Both the position numbers and the translations under genes were made by a program. Positions 23,590 through 34,658 of a stretch of 47,024 nucleotides of DNA are shown piece by piece. The notes below the pieces were generated by a model, which had not been told where the DNA came from, ran no database searches, and saw only the letters and a program-made list of their open reading frames with translations. This stretch comes from Scyliorhinus canicula (taxonomy: Eukaryota), in the NCBI RefSeq assembly GCF_902713615.1, contig NW_024055455.1, positions 1 to 47,024 on the forward strand, read 5' to 3'. Numbering within the stretch: the stretch's first letter is position 1; the number at the start of each line of letters is the position of its first letter.

Positions 23590-24095
23590 GAACAACATCT
23601 CATCTTCCGGTTGAGCACGCTACAGTCTCCCGGCCTGAACATCGAATTCAACAACTTCAGATGATCAGCCCCAACGACCCATTTGTTTTCATTTCATTTT
23701 AACTGTCTTTTCCCATTTCTTTCTTTCCTGCACCTTTCTCCTCTTTGCTTACACCTTCCCCTCCCCCCACACCTACAGTTCATCCTCTGATGTTAATTTC
23801 CCTGCTGTTTGACCTTTCACATCTTTTGTCCTCTCTGGGGACTGCCATTGGCACTCTTTCCCCTTGGTATCTGGGCCAGTTTCCCTGGGTTTCTGTGCTA
23901 TGACTCATCTTTCATTCTCACTCCACAGTATAAATATTTCCCACTCTCTCTGTCTGCTAGCTTTGACAAAGAGTCATCGGACTCGAAACGTTAGCTATTT
24001 TCTCTCCCTGCACATGCTGCCAGACCTGCTGAAATTTTCCAGCATTGTTCCTTTCGTTTCAGATTCCAGCATCCGCAGTAATTTGCTTTTATTTA
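23590..24095 (+). mobile_element. Penelope-like pLTR remnant of a second family; mirrored at ~31865-32390
   Basis: Ends in TTTGACAAAGAGTCATCGGACTCGAAACGTTAG...GATTCCAGCATCCGCAGTAATTTGC. Confidence 0.7.
23959..23996 (+). ncRNA. Minimal hammerhead ribozyme variant (U3-A8 core); copies at 24903-24940 (+), 31026-31063 (-) and 31971-32008 (-)
   Basis: Stem I AGCT/AGCT, core TTGACAA(A), stem II GAGTC/GACTC with loop ATCG, GAAA, palindromic ACGT, predicted UU cleavage after 23992. Confidence 0.6.
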
Positions 24096-24833
24096 GGAGG
24101 TTGACTGTTTTGTATTACATTTAAATTGGTTAATGATATAATGCAATATTCCCAGGATTGTTGTCCTCCCTCTATTACTCAGTGTTCGCCATTTTGCAAC
24201 GTTTCTTTTCCAAATCCCACACACCCAGCACAAAATGGTCCTGAAATATAATGGTACCGGAAAACTGGAGGCAGATGCCGTCATGTTTCCCGTTTCTTAA
24301 TAAGCATTTGCTAGAAAAAATTGCCCAGGCTTACAAAGCGTCAGGAAAACTCGGTTGAACTCATGTATTTCATCATCGTCTTTTTTCTCTGAATGCTATA
24401 ACCAATATCCTGCGGTTTCCGTTTCATCAAAAACCCTGATGTGGAGCATGTGGATGACGAGAGGATGGTGTAAGCTTGAGCAGATTATTGAGACAAATCA
24501 CCTTAAACGTGAAGGAGAGTTGTTTGAATCCAGTCCATTGCTATCCGCTGGGAACGAAGAAACGTTTTCAGGGACTGAGCTCGCGTACTGATCGTAGATT
24601 GGCGCAGCGACTCCAATTTGGTTCTCTGGAAAACTCAGCGCTGCGAGGGTCAGACCTGAGGCCCAGTCGGGCAATGGACATTATTGGGGCGAGTGTTGAT
24701 GAAGGAGCTGAAATTGATGTATAGAGGCCTGCAAGTTGTAATGTTTAATTTACTAATTCTGCCAGCAATGGCAGACAAAGGGCAGCCCAGTCCATCCAGC
24801 TTGTCCCGCAGAACAAAGGAAGTAAATTTGATG

Positions 24834-25000
24834 AAAGCAAATTACTGCGGATGCTGGAATCTGAAACGAAAGTAAAAATGCTGGAAAATCTCAGCAAGTC
24901 TCAGCTTTGACAAAGAGTCATCGGACTCGAAACGTTAGCTCTTTTCTCTCCCTACATATGCTGTCAGACCTGCTGAGATTTTCCAGCATTTTCCCTTTCG
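24834..25000. mobile_element. Short Penelope pLTR insertion with internal inversion and a 14-bp TSD
   Basis: Two oppositely oriented pLTR pieces flanked by AAGTAAATTTGATG at 24820-24833 and 25001-25014. Confidence 0.75.
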
Positions 25001-25379
25001 AAGTAAATTTGATGTGCAGTAACGAGTGTAACGTAGGAAAGTGTCGCTGTGCCCACAGCAAGATCTCAGGGAATGTGTTCATCGGTTTCAGTGATGTCGA
25101 CTGAGGTTTAAGTAGCCCTGCTTTCGAAAACAGTGCGGCGGTGACGAAGATCCTCCAGAAAGGGTAGTTAAAGCCTTTATTGCTCGTTTATCCGAATGCT
25201 TCACTGCGGAGACGCCCGGACTCCCTTTGTACTGATAGTCCTCAGATATCTGCAGGGAGTCTTGAACCCACAACTTCCTGGCTCAGGGGCCCTAGAGTTG
25301 AGAAATGGAACAGTTACAGCCGAGACACGGATAACACTTTGAGCTGGAGTCACAGCCTGTGACAGTTTTATTTTAGTGA

Positions 25380-25418
25380 GGTTTTTGTACAGCGGGAGAT
25401 GAGTATTAAACCGCTGTG
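25380..25418 (-). other. 23-RSS
   Basis: CACAGCG, 23 nt, ACAAAAACC. Confidence 0.95.
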
Positions 25419-25862
25419 TCTCTCAACAGGCAGAAATATACGGCGCTGTCTTGGGTTTCCGCTCGAGTGACTGTTAAAGGAAACTTATTCTCTGCATTAG
25501 TTTGGTCGGCCTCGAATCTTCCCTTGGCAAAATCTGCGTCTGTTTTCCTGCTTCGGTCGCGATGCAAAATAAATTGCGGGGCCTGGTTCTTGCGCTGTCT
25601 GTACCAGTACAGATCGGGGTTCTGGTAGTTCGTTGTGTAGGTACAATCTAATTTCGTTCTAACTCCTTCAGTGATATTCAGTGCAGTCTGAGGCTGGGAC
25701 ACAGAATCTGCCTGAATGACCACTGCAATAAAAGGTAACAAAATGTTCAATGCCACATTGCGTGCAAAAATCTATCAGCATCACTTTACTGCAAACAAAC
25801 CAAATATTTTGGCTGTACATACCGAAAAACAGCCACAATATAACCAGGTGGCTATAGGACAT
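25419..25862 (-). CDS. TCR alpha/delta (delta-like) V gene, intact: leader 25862-25823, V exon 25722-25419
   Basis: Leader MSYSHLVILWLFF then GTATGT. V reads DSVSQPQTALNITEGVRTKLDC...LYWYRQRKNQAPQFIL...DSAVYFCLLRD. Confidence 0.93.
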
Positions 25863-25917
25863 GAGCCTCATTCTATCTTCAGGAACAATCTTTCCGGTAG
25901 CATATGTATATATTCAC

Positions 25918-26262
25918 TCTTACGATACGTTAAGCTAAGAAATGTTGCACAGAGAGCTAAAACTATAGTTTAGGAAGTGTTTTTGAGATGATATTTCCAA
26001 TAAGAAGCTTCAATGCGCTAACTGGGTAGCAACATTTTAGGTAGCAACGACAGCTGACTGGTCAGTGATCGTTCCGCTAGCTCCTCCTACATCATCTACT
26101 CGCGTCACCGCTCTGGGCGGGGTTTGCATTGACAATTAGTCCCACCCCTTCACTCCTCACACCACTTATTCAGAAAAAATAACATCAGGCTATGTAATCT
26201 GACAGTTGAACTTTTTAGAACCGTCAGTCTGGGGGGTTGACAGTCTGCTGTTTGCCAAGGTC
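25918..26262 (-). promoter_or_regulatory. Probable proximal promoter of the 25419-25862 V gene (absent from the right arm)
   Basis: GC box at 26115-26122, octamer-like GTTTGCAT at 26122-26129 and CRE half-site at 26101-26108, directly upstream of the leader. Confidence 0.5.
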
Positions 26263-26512
26263 ATTCACTGGCACCAGAGGAGCTGAAATCTCAGCCCAAC
26301 ACTTCCGCTCTCATTCCCTCAGGGAAACATGCCGAATTCCAGAAAACAGTGTTCGTATTTAGAGCAGCGAGATCCAGATGATTTTTCGAAGTTGGGGTCA
26401 ATCTGTTTGTCCAACCACCCACACCCACCCCCTTGTATTGAGCGACCTGTCTGACAGAATGTCATGTGTAGAAAGGATGTGACAGAAAGAGTTGAGCAAC
26501 TTGTGAACTTAC

Positions 26513-26564
26513 CGGTTAAAAGCGCGGCCGCTGTGAGGAATAAATACACAGTAACAAGCGACAT
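26513..26564 (-). other. Orphan V-type leader exon
   Basis: MSLVTVYLFLTAAALLT plus G then GTAAGT (52 nt, phase 1). No V exon of its own is recognisable. Confidence 0.7.
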
Positions 26565-27002
26565 GTTTGCAGAGAGATCAACAGATTAGGTTTCAACAGA
26601 AATTATTGAGGCTGAAATTGTTTTCGCCAAGAGTTGAAAAGAGAATGAGTCACATCCGAGTGCCTGCTGATTGGTACATTGCTCATAACGTCATCGGGTC
26701 ACATCCAATTGCCTGTAAGTTTATTTTCTCTTCAATTCAACCAATCTTCTCACGGGGCATTGGAGTTCTTATTCATCCTATTGGTGCAGATCGAAAGCAG
26801 CAAATTAAATTTATTCATCTCCATGCTGACAGTGATATGGTTCTTCATAATATGTGATGGGCAGTTGTTTCACAGCTGAAACCGATCAAATTCTAATGAA
26901 TTCGGTGGGCACTGTTGTTATTCCCACTAACTATTCCACAGCAACTACCAGGGTCAAACTGCAGTCATCCAATGTTCGCGCGATTTTAATCGCTCACGTT
27001 AG

Positions 27003-27507
27003 ATGTTTCCCAGCCCAGCGTTATTGTCCAGCGGATGTTAGCGGTTCAGCTCAATTTCTGGGTAAATCCTTCCGTGCGAGCCTCCTGGAGGAATCTCCCA
27101 GTCATCATTAACACTTCCCAAATGCGACGCCGTGGAACCAGGAAGTCATGGGTATCTTTTTCGTCAGATCGGAGTCATTGATATTCTGTCACTCAGCCTT
27201 TATCCCCAAGAGTTAACATCGAAGGAGAAAGGATCATTTTCACCTGTATCTGTAATACTACATGCGGGTTGGGGGCGTGGTGGTAACTGATTCGAGAATC
27301 AACCTGAAACACAGCCTCTGTTCTGATAAAATACCCGCTTTACTTTGAAGATTAAACGGAGTTTGTCAAAACCACCCTTCTGCGCTACTCCACAATTTGA
27401 CAAATTTCACGATTTCACCCTCTGGGCTGCAGCTGAGCAAAGCCGCGTTTATTCCTGTGCCCTGAGACCCACAGAGCTGGGAACAGTTGAACCATGGCAC
27501 AGATACT
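27003..27507 (+). pseudogene. TCR V pseudogene: decayed leader 27003-27061, V exon 27168-27469, degenerate RSS
   Basis: RSH*YSVTQPLSPRVNIEGERIIFTCICNTTC...; conserved Trp codon is TGA; frameshifts; ends VYSCALRP, then CACAGAG, 22 nt, ACAGATACT. Confidence 0.8.
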
Positions 27508-29749
27508 CCCACCGCTTCACAGATCAAACACCCAGTAAGTTACCGTCAATTACAAGGACGAACGGATGTGAAGATCATCTAAAAGTAATTGTACATACAA
27601 TCTCTCATGTTCACATATTTAGTTATGCTATGAGGTTTGTCTGCGCACGGTGGCGCAGTGGTTAGCACTGCTGCCTCACGGCGCTGAGGCCCCGGGTTCG
27701 ATCATGTAGCGGATGCTGTGCAGATGTCCACAGTGCGAGTTCCAGTTAGAGTCACATATCTGCGCTACCGTACTAATAAACCAAAATCAATAATTAAACC
27801 ATCACCATGGAACCCATTGCGATTTGTATTAAATGCAACGAAACGCAACAATGATCAAGATTGGTTGAGGACTACACATTCGAATGATATCTAGAGCTTA
27901 CAGTTATAATTTTTTTTTAAAACTCAAATGCACCTTCAGGACCTTAACGATGCCTTTCGATGTATTTTCCTTTTCTGTTCCCTCTAATCGCCTGTCTCCA
28001 TTTTAAAAAAATTCAGAATATTCCACGCTTCCTTGTTTCAGTCTGTAAATTATTGATGTCAAACCTTGGTTTATTCAGTCAGAACCGCTCAAACCGGACA
28101 TTAAATATAAAAACTGTCACATCAGGCCAGTGATTGACACATGACTCCAGATCCACATTGATCTCTTTGACTCTTACCTTCGCTCTGCAATGACCTAGCA
28201 AGTCACTGAGATCAAAGGAAATGAGAGAGGGACATCAAATGCTGGCCGTACTACCAACGCCCAATGAAGAATAAAAATAAGTCAATATTAGTTCGCCAAC
28301 AATAAGATCTGAGTTACAGCAGTTAGGAAGACAACAGAGATGTATAATTGGGAAGGAAATGCTGACTAGTAATGATACAATGTTAGGGAATGGTGAAATA
28401 TGGTTCTGCTTCACTCTGTCAATCTGTAACTGCAGATTAGGGAATCTTCTGCTGGAGCCGGAATACACAGGTTCAACGCAATGCATTGCTGAGACAACCA
28501 ATACTGAACAGTGAATATCGACAGGAACCATTCCAATAATGCAGGACAGGTAAGGCTCATCAGAGTCTAAGCAGCGACATGAGGCTGCGGGCGTTGCTGC
28601 CACAGACAATGGCACCACAAGGTTTGTTTCCAGTTCGGACCTGCGGGAAACATGTGACTACAGCGCCCTTTAACGGCGATTCTGGGAAATATACACTGTC
28701 CGGATCACAAAGTGCAAGTTCATCAATGGGGCAGTTTCCAGCGGTCTTTTATCGGGAGACATGTTTTAAGAATTCAGCATTGTAAATGGCCGCAATTGAA
28801 GTATGAGTGAGTTGAAAGGAAATACTTTAACTAATTCTGAATCTCTTTCTTTATATCTTTATCGTATCTTTTTGTTTTGCATTTTACACGCATTATTTCT
28901 GTCCTGCATTTCTCAGAAAAGTTTGTTGTCTGCAAACATTCACTGACCAAGCAACATACTTTGATCAATAAACCCAGTGGCTGTGGTTAATGGCTCCAGG
29001 GAATGGCAAAGTGATCGGGGAAGACAGCTTAATATTGCAGACAGGCAGGAACATGTACTGAAGGACAAATGGAATTTCTGGACCGATACCACGTCACACA
29101 ATACTGACCGATCACACTTCATAGAAACGTGATAGAATAGAACTACGCAGTGCAGAAGGAGGCCATTTGGACCATCGAGTCTGCACCGACCCTCTGAAAG
29201 CGCACCCTACCTAGGCCCACTCCACTGCCCTGTCCCCACAACCCCACCCAATCTGCACATCATTGGGCTCTGAGGGGCAATATTAGTAAGGCCTAAACTG
29301 CACGCCTATGTTGCAATCGATTCACAGTGTAACAGGATGTTCACAAGATCGTAATTGTCACCCAAAATAAAGAGTTCTCATCAAAACGTCAACTTTTACA
29401 ACAGTGCCCACCGAATTCATTAGAATTTAATCGGTTTCAGCTGTGAAACAACTGCCCATCACATATTATGAATAAGCATACCACTGTCAGCATGGAGATG
29501 AATACATTTAATTGTTGCTTTCGATCTGCGACAACAGGATGAATTGGAGATCCAATGCCCTGTGAGAGGATTGGTTGAATTTAGAGAAAATAAGCTTACA
29601 GGCAATTGGATGTGACCCGATGACGTTGTGAGCAATGTACCAATCAGCAGGCACTCGGATGTGACTCATTCTCTTTTCAACTCTTGGCGAAAACAATTTA
29701 AGCCTCAATAATTTCTGTTGAAACCTGATCTGTTGATCTCTCTGCAAAC

Positions 29750-29801
29750 ATGTGGCCTGTTACTGTGTATTTATTCCTCACAGCGGCCGCGCTTTTAACC
29801 G
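29750..29801 (+). other. Orphan V-type leader exon with its own promoter motifs
   Basis: MWPVTVYLFLTAAALLT plus G then GTAAGT. Upstream TGACGT at 29621, CCAAT at 29640 and TGACTCA at 29662. Confidence 0.7.
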
Positions 29802-30091
29802 GTAAGTTCACAAGTTGCTCAACTCTTTATGTCACAGCTTCTCTACACATGGCATTCTGTCAGGCAGGTCGCTCAATACAAGAGGGTGGGTGTGGGTGGT
29901 TGGACAAACAGATTGACCCCAACTTCGAAAAATCATCTGGATCTCGCTGCTCTAAACACGGAACACTGTTTTCTGGATTTCTTCATATTTCCCTGAGGGA
30001 ATGAGAGCGGAAGTGTTGGGCTGACATCTCAGCCCCTCTTGTGCCAGTGAATGTATATGCTACTGGAAAGATTGTTCCTGAAGATATAACC

Positions 30092-30535
30092 ATGCCCTAT
30101 AGCCACCTGGTTATATTGTGGCTGTTTTTCGGTATGTACAGCCATAATGTTTTATTTGTTTGCAGTAATGTGATGTTGATAGATTTTTGCACGCAATGTG
30201 GCATTGAACATTTTGCTACCTTTTATTGCAGCGGCCATTCAGGCAGATTCTGTATCCCAGCCTCAGACTGCACTGAATGTCACTGAAGGAGTTAGAACGA
30301 AATTAGATTGTACCTACACAACGAACTACCAGAACCCCGATCTGTACTGGTACAGACAGCGCAAGAACCAGGCCCCGCAATTTATTTTGCATCGAGACCG
30401 AAGCAGGAAAACAGACGCAGATTTTGCCAAGGGAAAATTCGAGGCCGACCAAACTAATGCAGAAAAGAAGTTTCCTTTAACAGTCACTCGAGCGGAAACC
30501 CATGACAGCGCCGTATATTTCTGCGTGTTGAGAGA
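30092..30535 (+). CDS. TCR alpha/delta (delta-like) V gene, intact, inverted paralogue: leader 30092-30131, V exon 30232-30535
   Basis: Leader MPYSHLVILWLFF then GTATGT. V reads DSVSQPQTALNVTEG...DSAVYFCVLRD. Confidence 0.93.
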
Positions 30536-30574
30536 CACAGCGGTTTAATACTCATCTCCCGCTGTACAAAAACC
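30536..30574 (+). other. 23-RSS
   Basis: CACAGCG, 23 nt, ACAAAAACC. Confidence 0.95.
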
Positions 30575-33500
30575 TTACTAAAATAAAACTGTCACAGGCT
30601 GTGACTCCAGCTCAAAGAGTTATCCGTGTCTCGGCTGTAACTGTTCCATTTCTCAACTCTAGGGCCCCTGAGCCAGGAAGTTGTGGGTTCAAGACTCCCT
30701 GCAGATATCTGAGGACTATCAGTACAAAGGGAGTCCGGGCGTCTCCGCAGTGAAGCATTCGGATAAACGAGCAATAAAGGCTTTAACTACCCTTTCTGGA
30801 GGATCTTCGTCACCGCCGCACTGTTTTCGAAAGCAGGGCAGTTCCCCGAGATACTTAAACGTCAGTCGACATCACCGAAACCGATGAACACATTCCCTGA
30901 GATCTTGCTGTGGGCACAGCGACACTTTCCTACGTTACACTCGTTCCTGCACGTCAAATTTACTTCGAAAGGGAAAATGATGGAAAATCTCAGCAGGCCT
31001 GGCAGCATATGTAGGGAGAGAAAAGAGCTAACGTTTCGAGTCCGATGACTCTTTGTCAAAGCTGAGACTTGCTGGGATTTTCCAGTATTTTTACTTTCGT
31101 TTCAGATTCCAACATCCGCAGTAATTTGCTTTCATCAAATTTACTTCCTTTGTTCTGCGGGACAAGCTGGATGGACTGGGCTGCCCATTTGTCGGCCATT
31201 GCTGGCAGAATTAGTAAATTAAACATTACAACTTGCCGGCCTCTATACACCATTTTCAGCTCCTTCATCAACACTCGCCCCAATAATGTCCATTGCCCGA
31301 CTGGGCCTCAGGTCTGACCCTCGCAGCGCTGAGTTTTCCAGAGAACCAAATTGGAGTCGCTGCGCCAATCTACGATCAGTACGTGAGCTCAGTCCCTGAA
31401 AACGTTTCTTCGTTCCCAGCGGATAACATTGGACTGGATTCAAACAACTCTCCTTCACGTTTAAGGTGATTTGTCTCAATAATCTGCTCAAGCTTACTCC
31501 ATCCTCTCGCCATCCACATGCTCCACATCAGGGTTTTTGATGAAACGGAAACCGCAGGATATTGGTTATAGCATTCAGAGAAAAAAGACGATGATGAAAT
31601 ACATGAGTTCAACCGAGTTTTCCTGACGCTTTGTAAGCCTGGGCAATTTTTTCTAGCAAATGCTTATTAAGAAACGGGAAACATGAGGGCATCTACCTCC
31701 AGTTTTCCGGTACCATTATATTTCAGGGCCATTTTGTGCTGGGTGTGTGGGATTTGGAAAAGAAATGTTGCAAAATGGCGAACACTGAGTAATAGAGGGA
31801 GGACAACAATCCTGGGAATATTGCATTATATCATTAACCAACTTAAATGTAATACAAGACAGTCAACCTCCTAAATAAAAGCAAATTACTGCGGATGCTG
31901 GAATCTGAAACGAAAGGAACAATGCTGGAAAATCTCAGCAGGTCTGGCAGCTTGTGCAGGGAGAGAAAATAGCTAACGTTTCGAGTCAGATGACTCTTTG
32001 TCAAAGCTAGCAGACAGAGAGAGTGGGAAATATTTATACTGTGGAGTGAGAATGAAAGATGAGTCATAACACAGAAACCCAGGGAAACTGGCCCAGATAC
32101 CAAGGGGAAAGAGTGCTAATGGCAGTCCCCAGAGAGGACAAAAGATGTGAAAGGTCAAACAGCAGGGAAACTAACATCAGAGGGTGAACTGTAGGTGTGG
32201 GGGGAGGGGAAGGTGTAAGCAAAGACGAGAAAGGTGCTAGGAAAGGTGCAGGAAAGAAAGAAATGGTAAAAGACAGTTAAAATGAAATGAAAACAAATGG
32301 GTCGTTGGTCTGATCATCTGAAGTTGTTGAATTCAATGTTCAGGCCGGAAGACTGTAGCGTGCTTAACCGGAACATGAGATGTTGTTTCTCCAGTTTGTG
32401 TTGCGCTTCACTGGAACATTGCAGCAGGCCAAGAACAGACATGTGTGCGCGCTCTTGCGTTATCTAAAGGACCTTGGGAACAGCAACTTGATTTGTTGCT
32501 TTATTCAAACGTTTTCAAATTTTCCCACTACCTTTGTTGGACTCTGGACACTGGTCAGGTTTACGACAATGCAAGTAAATAAATTCCATTCAAGTTTAGC
32601 AGTTATCCAACATACTGTTGTAGCAGTAAAATTACTATCCCACGAATTCAAAGATCCGTGTTGATGATATCAAGACATAGGTTCAATTCTCACCATAGCA
32701 GCGGGAGGAATTTACTGAATTCAATAATTAAATTAAAATAATATGGAATTGACACCAGGCAAGTCTCAGTAATGGTGATCATTGATTGTCGTAGAAACCC
32801 ATCAGCTTTATTGTTGTCAATAGGGGAAGGGAATCTGCCATCTTTACTCAGTCTGGCTCGCAACGTGACACCAGACGCACAGCAACGTGGTTGCCTCGGA
32901 AATAGCAAAATGTAACCAGGGACCCCAAAATCACATGAAACAATTATTTAAATTCTTAACGATCGGTTGACTGAGGTGCATTCCTAAGTTTCAGGGTGCA
33001 TTTAGTGCTTTTGCTGTCTTTGTCATGCTGTATTTAAAAATATGGTGTGGGTAGATCAAATCTCAGTGACACTCCCGCTGCAACAACAGTCACCAAACAT
33101 ACACCCTACTAATGACATCACTTTGCTCAACATTTCCGAACTAACAGACGATTCGTGAAATCTAAATATATCAGTGGGACTGAGACCGATAATATCCCTC
33201 ACAAAGAGATCCAATCGGTGCAAACACGAGCAGAAAGCTTTCCCGTTAAGATGAAATTCACAGTTGCTGTGAAAATACCAACAGATTGGACACCAAAATA
33301 ACTGTAGGCAAGGCAATGTTTTGGGTGGGGCTGTTCCGACTCGAGTTCGTCATTGAATCAAAAAGAAAAGTATGTTTTTGTGCCGATTTTGTATTTCTGA
33401 ATGTCCGATGTCACAGCCCTGGAATAAAAACAAATGAAGTCCATTAACAGCAAAACCGCGTTATTCAGGTACATTTTTAAAAAGCTGTTTACGAAACTTT

Positions 33501-33637
33501 AATTCTCCATCTCTCTCCCTCACGAAACATGTCTCGGAAATGTCAACTGTTTAGCAGCAAAATGTGCGTTAATGGAAAAGAGGTTTTACATTTTCATGAT
33601 TCTCTTTATTTAACACTTTATCTGATCTAAAATCTCT

Positions 33638-33673
33638 GTTAGGGTTAGGCTTAGGGTTAGGGTTAGGGTTAGG
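33638..33673. repeat. Interstitial telomeric repeat (TTAGGG)n
   Basis: GTTAGGGTTAGGCTTAGGGTTAGGGTTAGGGTTAGG. Confidence 0.9.
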
Positions 33674-34658
33674 AAGGAATAACAGGAAGACAGAGTACTG
33701 GGCTAATGGTATGATTCTTGGTAGTGTGGATGAGCAGAGAGATCACGGTGTCCATGTACATAGATCCCTGAAAGTTGCCACCCAGGTTGAGAGGGTTGTT
33801 TTTTTTAAATAAAAATTTAGTTTACCGAATTATTTTTTCCAATTAAGGGGCAATTTAGCGTGGCCAATCCACCTACTCTGCACATTTTTGGATTGTGGGA
33901 GCGAATCCCACGCAGACACGGGGAGAATGTGCAAACTCCACACGGACAGTGACCCAGATGCCTGGATCGAACCTGGGACCTCAGCGCCGTGAGTCGGTTG
34001 TGCTAACCACTAGGCCACCGTGCTGCCCGGTTGAGAGGGTTGTTAAGAAGGCATACGGTGTGTTAGAGGAATTGAGTTTCGGAGCCATGAGGTCATGTTG
34101 CAGTTGTACAAAACTCTGGTGCGACCACATTTGGAGTATTGCGTGCAGTTCTGGTCGCCGCATTATAGGAAGGATGTGGAAGCATTAGAAAGGGTGGAGA
34201 GGAGGTTTACCAGGATGTTGCCTGATATGGAGGGAAGAACTTATGAGGAAAGGCTGAGGGACTTGAGGCTGTTTTCGTTAGAAAGAAGAAAGTTAGGAGG
34301 TGACTTAATTGAGGCATACAAGATGATCAGAGGATTAGATAGGGTGGACAGTGAGAGCCTTTTTCCTCGGATGGTGATGTCCAGCACGAGTGGACATAGC
34401 TTTAAATTGAGGGGAGATAAATATAGGACAGATGTCAGAGGTAGGTTCTTTACTCAGAGAGTAGTAAGGGCGTGGAATGCCCTGCCTGCAACAGTAGTGG
34501 ACTCGCCAACACTGAGGGCATTTAACTGGTCATTGGATTTACATATGGACGATAAAGGAATCGTGTAGATGGGCTTTAGAGGGGTTTCACGGTCGGTGCA
34601 ACATCGAGAGCCGAAGGGCCTGTACTGCGCCGTAATGTCCTATGTTCTATGTTCTATT
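33674..34658 (+). mobile_element. 5'-truncated CR1 containing a younger SINE
   Basis: ORF 34095-34568 reads MLQLYKTLVRPHLEYCVQFWSPHYRKD...; CTATGTT tail. Confidence 0.9.
33801..34028 (-). mobile_element. HE1-like SINE with a 16-bp TSD
   Basis: GGTTGAGAGGGTTGTT at 33785-33800 and 34029-34044. Confidence 0.92.

Larger units (their letters stand above)
21569..26918 (-). repeat. Left arm of the ~5.3-kb inverted segmental duplication
   Basis: Reverse complement of 29398-34658 along its whole length (CR1 fragment, telomeric repeat, Deu-SINE, Penelope remnants, V gene, orphan leader). Confidence 0.95.
29398..34658 (+). repeat. Right arm of the inverted segmental duplication
   Basis: Reverse complement of 21569-26918, except a ~350-bp deletion and an added SINE. 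Confidence 0.95.

Noticed and set aside
33040-33300. Possible very old V remnant in both arms (SVT..., SVQTRAESFP)
   Set aside because: Only scattered motif fragments in different frames; no RSS.
29398-34658. Idea that one arm arose by CR1-mediated retroduplication, because it ends in a CR1 tail
   Set aside because: Both arms retain introns and upstream promoter sequence, and no TSD flanks either arm.
21569-34658. Idea that the palindrome is an assembly artefact
   Set aside because: The arms differ by several percent, a 350-bp deletion and a TSD-flanked SINE, which a fold-back artefact would not produce.
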